From Acidimicrobiia bacterium (GTDB taxonomy: Bacteria; Actinomycetota; Acidimicrobiia; IMCC26256; PALSA-610), in contig JBBSEC010000001.1 in NCBI GenBank assembly GCA_038240075.1, positions 69,151 through 133,150 on the forward strand: a stretch of DNA of 64,000 nt. Reading direction: 5' to 3'. The notes under the pieces are model-generated. The model had not been told where the DNA came from, made no database searches, and saw nothing but the letters and a program-made list of their open reading frames with translations. A program made the position numbers and the translations under genes. The number at the start of each line of letters is the position of its first letter. Within the stretch, counting starts at the first letter, position 1. Below, in pieces: positions 35,914 to 44,685 of the stretch.

Positions 35914-36860
35914 TGTCGCGCGTCGTCGTCACCGGCGGTGCCGGCTTCCTTGGTTCGCACCTGTGCGAGGCACTCATCGCGCGCGGCGACGAGGTCGTCG
36001 CGCTCGACAGTCTCATCACCGGCCGGCGCGAGAACCTCGCGATGCTCGACGGCGAACGTGGTTTCAGCCTCGTCGAGTGCGACGTCTCGGTCGAGATGCC
36101 GGTCACCGGTCACGTCGACGCGGTGATGCACTTCGCCAGCCCGGCCAGCCCGTTCGAATACCTCGCCTACCCGTTCGAGACCCTCGACGCGGGCTCGCTC
36201 GGAACGCGGCGCGGTCTCGAGCTCGCGCGCGCCAACGACGCCCGGTTCCTGCTGGCGTCGACGAGCGAGATCTACGGTGAGCCGCTCGAGCACCCGCAGC
36301 GCGAGACCTACTGGGGCAACGTCAACAGCATCGGCCCGCGCGCCGTGTACGACGAGGCGAAGCGGTTTGCCGAGACGCTCACGATGACGTATCACCGCGA
36401 GCTCGGGGTCGACGTCGGCATCGTGCGCATCTTCAACACCTACGGCCCGCGCCTGCGCGCGGCCGACGGCCGCGTCGTCTCCAACTTCGTGGTGCAGGCC
36501 ATGACCGGCGAGCCGCTCACCGTCTACGGCGAAGGCACGCAGACACGCTCGTACTGCTACGTCGACGACGAGGCGCGCGGCATCCTCGCGCTGCTCGATT
36601 CCGGGCTCGTCGGCCCCATCAACATCGGGAACCCCGGAGAGTTCACGGTGCTCGAGCTCGCGCACCTCGTACTCGACGTCACCGAGTCGAAGTCGGAGCT
36701 CGTGTTCCAACCGCTGCCGACCGACGACCCGACTCGCCGGTGCCCCGATATCACGCTCGCACGCGAGCGGCTCGACTGGGAACCGACCGTAACGCTGCGG
36801 GACGGGCTCGAGCGGACCTTCGAGTGGTATCAGAAGGAACGCGCCCGCGACGCGATATAA
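35913..36860 (+). CDS. uxs: UDP-glucuronate decarboxylase (UDP-xylose synthase)
   Basis: ATG 35913 shares one base with the ugd TGA (TGATG). VTGGAGFLGSHL, STSEIYGEPLEHPQRETYWGNVN, YDEAKR, IFNTYGPR...DGRVVSNF, DDPTRRCPDI. Confidence 0.85.
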   Translation: MSRVVVTGGAGFLGSHLCEALIARGDEVVALDSLITGRRENLAMLDGERGFSLVECDVSVEMPVTGHVDAVMHFASPASPFEYLAYPFETLDAGSLGTRRGLELARANDARFLLASTSEIYGEPLEHPQRETYWGNVNSIGPRAVYDEAKRFAETLTMTYHRELGVDVGIVRIFNTYGPRLRAADGRVVSNFVVQAMTGEPLTVYGEGTQTRSYCYVDDEARGILALLDSGLVGPINIGNPGEFTVLELAHLVLDVTESKSELVFQPLPTDDPTRRCPDITLARERLDWEPTVTLRDGLERTFEWYQKERARDAI

Positions 36861-36867
36861 ACACTGA

Positions 36868-37575
36868 ATGCACGAGCCCCCGGAGTTCAAGAAGCTCTCG
36901 GTGATCGTGCCGGTGCTGAACGAGCGCAACACCGTCGCGGAGATCTTGCGCCGCATGCGCGCGGTCGAGCTGCCCGCCGGCCTCGACCGGGAGATCATCG
37001 TCGTCGACGACGGCAGCACCGACGGCAGCGTCGACGTGCTCCGTCAGCTCAACGACAGCACCGTCAAGGTGATCACGCACCCGGCGAACCGCGGGAAGGG
37101 CGCCGCGGTCCGCACCGGTTTCTCGCACAGCACCGGCGATCTCATCCTGATCCAGGACGCCGACCTCGAGTACGACCCGGAAGACTGGCCGAAGCTGCTC
37201 GCACCCGTGCTGCGCGGCAACGCGGTCGTCGTCTACGGCTCGCGCTTCACGGGCGAGCGCCGCAACATGTTGTTCTTCCACTGGGTCGGCAACCGCTTCC
37301 TGTCGCTCGTCACCAACGTGCTCTACAACACCACGCTCTCCGACATGGAGACGTGCTACAAGCTGATCGCGCGGTCGGTGCTGGAGCCGATCGAGCTCAA
37401 GGCCAACCGCTTCGACATCGAGCCGGAGATCACCGCCAAGATCTTGCGGAGCGGCGTCCGCATCTACGAGGTCCCGATCTCCTACGCCGGGCGTGAGTTC
37501 GACGAAGGCAAGAAGATCTCGTGGCGAGACGGCTTCGGGGCCTTGTGGATGCTGATCAAGTGTCGTGTCGGCTGA
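36868..37575 (+). CDS. glycosyltransferase family 2, polyprenyl-phosphate hexose synthase (DPM1-like)
   Basis: 235 aa. LSVIVPVLNE, VVDDGSTDGS, LIQDADLEYDPED. Confidence 0.85.
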   Translation: MHEPPEFKKLSVIVPVLNERNTVAEILRRMRAVELPAGLDREIIVVDDGSTDGSVDVLRQLNDSTVKVITHPANRGKGAAVRTGFSHSTGDLILIQDADLEYDPEDWPKLLAPVLRGNAVVVYGSRFTGERRNMLFFHWVGNRFLSLVTNVLYNTTLSDMETCYKLIARSVLEPIELKANRFDIEPEITAKILRSGVRIYEVPISYAGREFDEGKKISWRDGFGALWMLIKCRVG

Positions 37576-38479
37576 GTCGCCGGATCACGGCGACGCTTCT
37601 CGTCCCCGGTGGGCGGCGGTCGTCGTCAACTACAACTACGGCGATCTCCTGGCGCGCGGTGTGCGCTCCGTCCTCGACGAGACGAGTGCCGGGGCTCCCG
37701 ACGTCGTGGTCGTCGACAACGGCTCCACTGACGGCAGTGCCGTAGCCCTCCGCGCGGCACTGCCCGCCGCGCGCACGCTCGACGCGCCCGGCAACGTGGG
37801 GTACGCGCGCGGTGCCAACCTCGGTATCGCCGCCACCGACGCGCCCGTTGTCGCCGTCCTCAACGGCGACGTCGAGCTGAAGCCCGGAGTCGCCGCCGCG
37901 ATGCTCGCGGCCCTCGCCGCCGACGCGCGCCTCGGTGCGGTCGGACCAAAGATCCTCAACCCCGACGGCTCCGTGTATCCATCGGCGCGCTCCGACCCCG
38001 GTCTGTTCGTCGCGCTGGCGCACGCCGCACTCGGCCTCGTGTGGCGCACGAACCCGTGGACGCGGCGCTACCGCCAGCTCGACGTCGATCCCACGCGGCC
38101 GCGCGCGGTCGACTGGATCTCGGGCGCCGCGGTGTGGCTGCGCCGCGAGGCACTCGACGACGTCGGCGGCTGGGACGAGCGCTACTTCATGTACATGGAA
38201 GACGTCGACCTGTGCCTGCGCCTCCGGCGTGCGGGCTGGCGCGTGCAGTACGAACCGTCGGGCGAGGTCGTGCATGCGCAGGGCGCGAGCACGTCGCAGC
38301 GGCCCTACCGCATGATCGTCGAGCACCACCGGTCGGTGTGGCGCTTCGCGGGCCGCCGCTACCGGGGATGGCGGCGGGTGCTGCTCGTGCCGCTCGCGCC
38401 GGTGCTCGCACTGCGCTGCCTCGCAGCGATGGCACAGCACGCGTGGGGGCGTTCAAGTGTGCCCAGGGTCACCGGCTAG
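37565..38479 (+). CDS. glycosyltransferase family 2 (WbbL/rhamnosyltransferase-like)
   Basis: 304 aa. AAVVVNYN, VVVDNGSTDGS, GYARGANLG, ERYFMYMEDVDLCLR. 11-nt overlap with the previous GT2. Confidence 0.8.
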   Translation: MSAESPDHGDASRPRWAAVVVNYNYGDLLARGVRSVLDETSAGAPDVVVVDNGSTDGSAVALRAALPAARTLDAPGNVGYARGANLGIAATDAPVVAVLNGDVELKPGVAAAMLAALAADARLGAVGPKILNPDGSVYPSARSDPGLFVALAHAALGLVWRTNPWTRRYRQLDVDPTRPRAVDWISGAAVWLRREALDDVGGWDERYFMYMEDVDLCLRLRRAGWRVQYEPSGEVVHAQGASTSQRPYRMIVEHHRSVWRFAGRRYRGWRRVLLVPLAPVLALRCLAAMAQHAWGRSSVPRVTG

Positions 38480-38490
38480 TCTCGGCGCTT

Positions 38491-39318
38491 ATGGGCAAAT
38501 CGTCCCGACAGAAGCGCAGAACCTTCCAGACACCGAAGCGTTCGCGCAACGGCGCGAACCTCATCTGGTACGCGATGGCGGGGATCCTCGTCGTCGCCGG
38601 TGCGCTCGGCATCGCGGTCAGCCGTTCCAAGTCTGCCAACGGCAGCGCGCCGACGACGAAAGACCACTGGCACATCGCGCTCGGCGTCAACGACTGCGGA
38701 ACCTGGGTCCCGAACTGGGCATGGCCGCCGGGCAACGTCACCAGCACGCAGTCGGCGGGTGCCGGCGCGCCGGCACGGTCGGGCACGGGCGGCCTCATCT
38801 ACGCGCCGCTGCACAGCCACGACGACGGCCTCATCCACATCGAGCCCCTCACCGACAGCGACGGTGGCAAGAACGCCAACCTCGGCGCCTACTTCAAGTA
38901 CGGCGGCTGGAAGCTCAGCCAGACGTCGATCAAGTTCGTCAGCGTCGACGAGAAGAACGGCAACAAGTGCCAGGGGAAGCCGGGAGTGCTCCGCTGGTCG
39001 GTGAACGGGAAAGAGAAGCAGGGCGATCCGACGAAGTACAAGCTGAACGACGCCGATGTCGTCGAGCTCGTCTTCACCACCGCGACCGCCAAGCTGCCTC
39101 CGACCACCGACGTCCCGTCGTTCACCGATCTGCAGCAGGTGCTCGGGAACTCACCGACCGCAACCGCGACGCCGACCCCGTCGGCCACGAATCCGTCGAC
39201 CGGCACGACCGCGCCGACGGGGAGCACCACCGCCACGACCGCTCCCACCGGCACCACCACCGCCGCGTCGACAACGTCTCCGACGACGGTGGGGAACACG
39301 ACCACACCCACGTCATGA
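38491..39318 (+). CDS. membrane-anchored protein with His-rich extracytoplasmic domain and Thr/Pro-rich tail
   Basis: ATG 38491 inside ORF 38041..39318. Basic N-terminus then TM segment IWYAMAGILVVAGALGIAV. HWHIALGV and LHSHDDGLIHIEP. C-terminal ~55 aa are almost only T/P/A/S/G. Confidence 0.65.
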   Translation: MGKSSRQKRRTFQTPKRSRNGANLIWYAMAGILVVAGALGIAVSRSKSANGSAPTTKDHWHIALGVNDCGTWVPNWAWPPGNVTSTQSAGAGAPARSGTGGLIYAPLHSHDDGLIHIEPLTDSDGGKNANLGAYFKYGGWKLSQTSIKFVSVDEKNGNKCQGKPGVLRWSVNGKEKQGDPTKYKLNDADVVELVFTTATAKLPPTTDVPSFTDLQQVLGNSPTATATPTPSATNPSTGTTAPTGSTTATTAPTGTTTAASTTSPTTVGNTTTPTS

Positions 39319-40400
39319 AGGCGGTGGTCCTCGTAGGCGGCGAGGGCACCAGACTCCGTCCGCTCACGTACACGACGCCCAAGTCGCTGCTCGCGATCGC
39401 CAATCAGACGTTTCTCGAACGGCAGCTCGCGTGGCTCGAGCGCAACGGCGTCGACGAGGTCGTGCTCTCGCTCGGATATCTGCCCGATGCGTTCCCGGAG
39501 CACTTCCCGGGCGACCGCTGCGGCGGTGTCGCGCTCTCGTACGTGATCGAGCGCAAGCCGCTCGGAACGGCCGGCGGGATCCGCTACGCCGCGGAGGGCA
39601 TCGAGGGTCGCTTCGTCGTGTGCAACGGCGACATCCTCACCGACCTCGATCTCGCCTCGATGATCGGCTTCCACGAGGAGAGCGGCGCGCAGGCGACCAT
39701 CGCGCTCACGCAGGTCGACGATCCCTCCGCGTTCGGCGTGGTGCCGACCCGCTCCAACGGCGAAGTCGTCGGCTTCATCGAGAAGCCACCGCGCGGTCTG
39801 GCTCCGACCAACTGGATCAACGCGGGGATCTACGTGATCGAATCGTCGCTGCTGGCGCGGATCCCGCCGCGCGTCAACGTGTCAATCGAGCGCGAGACGT
39901 TTCCGCGCATGGTCGAGACGCGCGGCTCGCTGTTCGCGTTCAAGGCCAGTGGGTACTGGCTCGACATGGGCACGCCGGCCAAGTTCCTGCAGGCGCACAG
40001 CGACGCGTTGGCCGGTCGGCTCGGTCCCGTGCCGGCTCCCGGCGCGGTCGAGGGCCCTCCGGGTGTGTGGTGCCAGGGTGAAGCCGACGTCGACCCCACG
40101 GTCGAGTTGCGCCCGCCGGTGCTGATCGGGGTGGGTGCCCGCATCGAAGCCGGCGCCACGATCGGGGCATCGGTGATCGGGCCCGGAGCGGTCGTCGGCG
40201 CCGGAGCCCGGGTCGAGCGGTCGGTGCTGCTGGCGGGGGCCCGGGTCTCCGACCGTGCCGTGGTCACCGATTCCGTGGTCGGTTCGGACGCGATCCTCAA
40301 GACCGAGGCCGCACTGACCGACCTGACCCTTGTGGGTGCGGGCACGAGCATCGCAGCCGGGACCCGGATCTCCGGGGGCAGAGTTCCACCGGCGGAGTAG
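39315..40400 (+). CDS. NDP-hexose pyrophosphorylase (mannose-1-phosphate guanylyltransferase-like) with left-handed beta-helix C-terminus
   Basis: ATG 39315 (ATGA overlap) inside ORF 38457..40400. MKAVVLVGGEGTRLRPLT, KPLGTAGG, GYWLDMGTP. Confidence 0.85.
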   Translation: MKAVVLVGGEGTRLRPLTYTTPKSLLAIANQTFLERQLAWLERNGVDEVVLSLGYLPDAFPEHFPGDRCGGVALSYVIERKPLGTAGGIRYAAEGIEGRFVVCNGDILTDLDLASMIGFHEESGAQATIALTQVDDPSAFGVVPTRSNGEVVGFIEKPPRGLAPTNWINAGIYVIESSLLARIPPRVNVSIERETFPRMVETRGSLFAFKASGYWLDMGTPAKFLQAHSDALAGRLGPVPAPGAVEGPPGVWCQGEADVDPTVELRPPVLIGVGARIEAGATIGASVIGPGAVVGAGARVERSVLLAGARVSDRAVVTDSVVGSDAILKTEAALTDLTLVGAGTSIAAGTRISGGRVPPAE

Positions 40401-40467
40401 GGCCGTCGGCCGAGTAACGCAGAATCGAACGGTCAGTCACCAAGGACGCAGACGAGAGGCATCGCCA

Positions 40468-41424
40468 ATGTCGAAGAAGGCGCTCGTCACGGGAGGAGCG
40501 GGCTTCATCGGCTCCACGCTCGTCGACCGGTTGCTGGCCGAAGACTGGTCGGTCACGGTCGTCGACGACCTCTCGACCGGCAGCCTCGGCAACCTTGCCG
40601 ACGCGCGCAGCCTCGACGGCCACCGCTTCTCGTTCCACCGGTTCGACGTGCAGTCGCCGGGGCTGCGTGAGGTGCTCGGACGGGCGAAGCCCGATGTCGT
40701 GTTCCACCTCGCGGCCCAGATGGACGTGCGCGTCTCGGTCGTCAATCCGATCCTCGACGCGAAGATCAATATCCTCGGCTCGCTCAACGTGCTCGAAGGT
40801 TGCGTCGACGCCGGTGTGAAGAAGGTCGTGTTCGCGTCGTCGGGCGGCACCATCTACGGGATGCCCGACGAGATCCCGACCCGTGAGTCGGCGCCGCAGG
40901 TCCCCGAGTCCCCGTACGGCGTCGCGAAGAAGGCGGTCGGCGACTACCTGCACTTCTATCGCGAGGCGCACGGCCTGGAGTCGACGGCGCTCGCGCTCGC
41001 GAACGTCTACGGCCCCCGCCAGGATCCGCACGGTGAGGCCGGAGTTGTCGCGATCTTCGCGGGCAAGCTGTTGAACGGACAGACGCCGGTGATCTTCGGT
41101 GACGGTTCGCAGACGCGCGACTTCGTGTTCGTCGACGACATCGTCGACGCCTTCGTGCGCGCGTCGGAGCGCGGCGGAGGGTTGCTGCTCAACGTCGGCA
41201 CCGGAGCCGAGACGAGCGTCGTCGAGCTGTACGAGGCGATGGCCCGGCTCGTTGCGCACAAGGGCGAGCCGCGCCACGAGCCCGCGCGGCTCGGTGAGCT
41301 CTCGCGCTCCGCGCTCGACCCCGGGCGCGCCGAGATCCATCTCGGCTGGAAGCCCTGGACGACGCTCGACGAGGGGCTCGCCCGTACCCTCACGCACTTC
41401 CAGGCGCTCGCCGCCAGCGCCTGA
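40468..41424 (+). CDS. NAD-dependent epimerase (UDP-glucose 4-epimerase-like)
   Basis: ATG 40468 inside ORF 40330..41424. VTGGAGFIGSTL, SPYGVAKKA (YxxxK). Confidence 0.85.
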   Translation: MSKKALVTGGAGFIGSTLVDRLLAEDWSVTVVDDLSTGSLGNLADARSLDGHRFSFHRFDVQSPGLREVLGRAKPDVVFHLAAQMDVRVSVVNPILDAKINILGSLNVLEGCVDAGVKKVVFASSGGTIYGMPDEIPTRESAPQVPESPYGVAKKAVGDYLHFYREAHGLESTALALANVYGPRQDPHGEAGVVAIFAGKLLNGQTPVIFGDGSQTRDFVFVDDIVDAFVRASERGGGLLLNVGTGAETSVVELYEAMARLVAHKGEPRHEPARLGELSRSALDPGRAEIHLGWKPWTTLDEGLARTLTHFQALAASA

Positions 41425-41430
41425 CCCGCG

Positions 41431-42399
41431 TTACGAACAGGGTCCGATCTGCACCTGCAGCGACTCGTGATCGGAGCCCTGCGGGTGGAAGCGCTGCGAG
41501 TGCGCCGCGCACCACGACCGGTCGATGATGACATGGTCGATGCGCAGCTCGAGCAGATTCAACGGGAACGTGCGAAACGTCGGCCCCGCCCATCCCGCCC
41601 GCATGGCATCGCGTCGGTGCGCGACGAGACGGTGGTACGTCTCGGTGCGGTCGGAGATGTTCAGGTCGCCGGCGACGACGACCGGCACCTTCGACGCCGC
41701 GACCAGTCGCGTGACGGCATCGACCGCGCGGCGCTGCGCCGCGAAGCTGTAGTTGCCGCGGAGATACGGGATGTTGATGCCGGCGCGTGGAAGGTGTGCA
41801 CCGACGAGTAGGAACGGTGTGGGTGCCATCACCTCCACGACGACGGCCTGACCCAGCGCCTGCGGTACCGATCGCGCGCGCAGCGGAAACCGCGACGCGA
41901 CGTATTCGGAGTAGCCGGCGTCGTGATACGCGGAGTTGATGTGGTAGCGGTAGGCCGCCGAGATCACCGGCTCGCTCTGCAGCGTGCCCTCGGAAACGAC
42001 GACGACGTCGGCGTGGCGCGCCACGACGTCGCGCGCGGCGTCGAGTGGGTGCGAGTTGCTGAAGTGCAGGTTCGCCGACGCGATCGTGATCGGATCGCGC
42101 GGTGCGGCGAAGTGAACCGGGACGCGCGGCGACACGATCATCACCGTGAGCGAGACGAGCCACGCGACCAGGCTGACGACCGTGATGAGCCGCTGGTGCA
42201 GGCGCCAGAGCGCAAGGCCGTGCAGCACCACGGCGGCGACCAACCCCAGGGGAGCGGCGACCGCGAGCGCCTGTCCGAGGTTGCCGAGGTGCGGGAACAG
42301 CAGCCAGGTCCACGCCAACGCGACCAGCCCAACCAACCACGCGGCGGTCCGCGCGATCTGCTTCCACCGTTCGCGTGCCGGCGCGGCCCCCACCACCAT
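41431..42399 (-). CDS. membrane-anchored endonuclease/exonuclease/phosphatase (EEP) family protein
   Basis: 322 aa. Three N-terminal hydrophobic segments. ITIASANL, VVVAGDLN, RIDHV, GSDHESL. Its ATG 42399 directly abuts the TAG of the upstream gene. Confidence 0.75.
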   Translation of the reverse strand: MVVGAAPARERWKQIARTAAWLVGLVALAWTWLLFPHLGNLGQALAVAAPLGLVAAVVLHGLALWRLHQRLITVVSLVAWLVSLTVMIVSPRVPVHFAAPRDPITIASANLHFSNSHPLDAARDVVARHADVVVVSEGTLQSEPVISAAYRYHINSAYHDAGYSEYVASRFPLRARSVPQALGQAVVVEVMAPTPFLLVGAHLPRAGINIPYLRGNYSFAAQRRAVDAVTRLVAASKVPVVVAGDLNISDRTETYHRLVAHRRDAMRAGWAGPTFRTFPLNLLELRIDHVIIDRSWCAAHSQRFHPQGSDHESLQVQIGPCS

Positions 42400-43008
42400 C
42401 TAGCGAAACGTGCGCAGGTCGTCGAGTGGCACCGGTGGGCGCTCGCGGCCCACGTAGGTCGGGTCGGGACGTCCGACGAGCACGAGCGCGTGCGGGAGCC
42501 ACTCGGAAGGAAGTGCGAGCGCGTCGCGCGCGGTCTCGGGGCAGAAGATCGGCGCGGCCACCCAGCACGACGCGTAGCCGCGGTCGGTCGCCGCGAGCAT
42601 GAGGTTCTCGACCGCGGCGCCGAGGGAGAGCAGCGCCATGCCGTACTCGGCGCGCCGGCGGGTCTCGTCCGGGTAGCGGTCGAGGCCGTCCCAGGTGAGG
42701 CAGCCGAGCATCGCCGCGGGCGCGGCCGACAGTCGCGCGACCGACGCGTCGACCAGCTCGTCGATGCGCGTGGTGGCGACACCATCGCGTTCGAGGTCGA
42801 CGCGCCAGTGCGCCCCCATCGCCACGGCGAGGTCACGGCGCCCCGGCTCCGTGTCGAGCACGACCCAGCGCCACGGGCGCGAGTGGTGGGGAGCGGGTGC
42901 GATGCACGCGGCCGTCACCAGCGCGTCGAGGTCGACGCGCGGCAACGGCTCGGGCAGAAACGTGCGAATCGAGCGACGGTCTTCGAGGAGGCGGGGGAGC
43001 GCGCTCAA
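42400..43008 (-). CDS. nitroreductase-fold protein equivalent to the C-terminal domain of mycobacterial FbiB
   Basis: TTG 43008 (TTGA overlap with the cofE stop) inside ORF 42400..43431. RRSIRTFLPEP, APHHSRPWRWVVL, AVENLMLAATDRGYASCW. Confidence 0.7.
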   Translation of the reverse strand: MSALPRLLEDRRSIRTFLPEPLPRVDLDALVTAACIAPAPHHSRPWRWVVLDTEPGRRDLAVAMGAHWRVDLERDGVATTRIDELVDASVARLSAAPAAMLGCLTWDGLDRYPDETRRRAEYGMALLSLGAAVENLMLAATDRGYASCWVAAPIFCPETARDALALPSEWLPHALVLVGRPDPTYVGRERPPVPLDDLRTFR

Positions 43009-43718
43009 CGGAAGAGATCTTCGGCCGGCGGTCGGATCAGCTCGCGATACGAGCCGTCGCGGAACCACGACTCGTCGACGCCGCGCACGATCGCCGCGGG
43101 GATGCCCGCGGCCTTGCCCATCACGAGCTCCGCGGCGCCCGCGATCTCGTCGGCAACCGCGACTTCGGTCACGTGCAGGATGCGACCGAGCGCATCGGGT
43201 GTCTCGCGCAGATCGACGACTCCCGCGATGCCCGACACTCCGATGGCAATGTCGGTGAGCCCTCGGCGCCAGGCCCGACCGAAGGTGTCGGAGATGATCA
43301 CGGCCGTTTCCACGCCGTAACGGGCCCGGAGCGCATCGCGAACGTGCTTCGCCGACCGGTCGGGCTCGACCGGCAACAGCGCGGCGGTGCCGGCTTCGAC
43401 GTTCGAGAGGTCGATGCCCGCGTTCGCGCACACGAAGCCGTGGCGCGTCTCACTGATGATCAGATCGCCACGGCGGCGCACGATGCGCACCGACTCGGAC
43501 TCGACGAGCTCGCGTCGCGCCGCGAGGTCGTCGGGGTCGAGCGAAACGAGGCGACCCTCGGCCTTCGAGACGACCTTCTGCGTGACAACGATGCAGTCGC
43601 GGTCGACGATTGGCGTTCCCTGCGCGATGGCGGCGTCCGCGATGACGACGGCCAACTCGTCGCCGGGGTGGATCTCGCCGATGCCCTCGATCGGGACGAG
43701 CGTCAGCGCGTGGGGCAC
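43005..43718 (-). CDS. cofE: coenzyme F420-0:L-glutamate ligase (CofE domain)
   Basis: GTG 43718 inside ORF 43005..44189. VVTQKVVSKAEGR, GFVCANAGID, ISDTFGRAWRRG, AVADEIAGAAELVMGK. Confidence 0.85.
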   Translation of the reverse strand: MPHALTLVPIEGIGEIHPGDELAVVIADAAIAQGTPIVDRDCIVVTQKVVSKAEGRLVSLDPDDLAARRELVESESVRIVRRRGDLIISETRHGFVCANAGIDLSNVEAGTAALLPVEPDRSAKHVRDALRARYGVETAVIISDTFGRAWRRGLTDIAIGVSGIAGVVDLRETPDALGRILHVTEVAVADEIAGAAELVMGKAAGIPAAIVRGVDESWFRDGSYRELIRPPAEDLFR

Positions 43719-44653
43719 GGGATCGCTTCGAGGGCGCGGCGAGCGAGCGCGGCGGCGATCTCGGGGCTGTGCATCATCGTGTCGGCGACCACCGCGGTGA
43801 CGCCGGCGGCCTCGACCTCCGGAGCGTGCGCCGCGTCGACCGCGTCGATGACGAGTGTCGAGCAGAACGGCGCGTAGTTCTTCGCGACTCCGACGCACGA
43901 GACGTCGATGCCGAGCGGCTCCATCAACCGGTCGGCAGGGCCGCGCACGGGTGCGCCCCCGACGATCGGCGAGATCCCGACCACCCGGTCGCGTCGCGCG
44001 ACGAGCACATCGCGGATGCCCGGCACCGCGAGGATGGGCGCGATCGAGATCACCGGGTTCGACGGGCAGATCACGATCGCGTCGGCCGTCTCGAGCGCTT
44101 CGAGCACGCCCGGCGCGGCCCGCGCGGCGTCGGCTCCTTCGTACCGGACCGCGACGACGGGCGGTTGCGCGCGCTCGCGAACGAACCATTCCTGCATGCG
44201 CAGCTCGCGCGTCGAACCATCGGGGTCACGCGTCGTGATCCGGGTGCGAACCGGGTCGTCGCTCATCGGCAGGAGCCGGAACGCGAGGCCCCACGCCGCG
44301 GTGATCTCGGCGGTGACGGTCGAGATCGTGGCGCCCGCGCGCAGGCGCTCGCTCCGGTAGAGGTGCGTCGCGAGGTCGCGGTCGCCGAGGCGGAACCACG
44401 TGTCGTCCTGGTAGCGGTCGAGCGCGTCGAGGCACGCGAACGTCTCGCCCTCGAGCCCCCACCCGAGCGCCTGGTTCGATGCGCCGGCGAGGGTGTAGGT
44501 GACGGAGTCGAGGTCGGGGCAGACGAGCAGCCCGTGGAACTCGTCGTCGTCGCCGGTGTTGCCGACGACGACGAGTTCCTCCGGTGCGACCACGCGGACG
44601 AGGCCGGCAAGGAACCTTGCCGCACCGACTCCACCCGCCAAGCTCACCAGCAC
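43703..44653 (-). CDS. cofD: 2-phospho-L-lactate transferase
   Basis: 316 aa. LAGGVGAARF, NTGDD, ICPSNP motifs of CofD/FbiA. Confidence 0.9.
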   Translation of the reverse strand: MLVSLAGGVGAARFLAGLVRVVAPEELVVVGNTGDDDEFHGLLVCPDLDSVTYTLAGASNQALGWGLEGETFACLDALDRYQDDTWFRLGDRDLATHLYRSERLRAGATISTVTAEITAAWGLAFRLLPMSDDPVRTRITTRDPDGSTRELRMQEWFVRERAQPPVVAVRYEGADAARAAPGVLEALETADAIVICPSNPVISIAPILAVPGIRDVLVARRDRVVGISPIVGGAPVRGPADRLMEPLGIDVSCVGVAKNYAPFCSTLVIDAVDAAHAPEVEAAGVTAVVADTMMHSPEIAAALARRALEAIPCPTR

Positions 44654-44685
44654 AGCTGGGAGAGTAACGCCGTGCTTCCGGCCGC

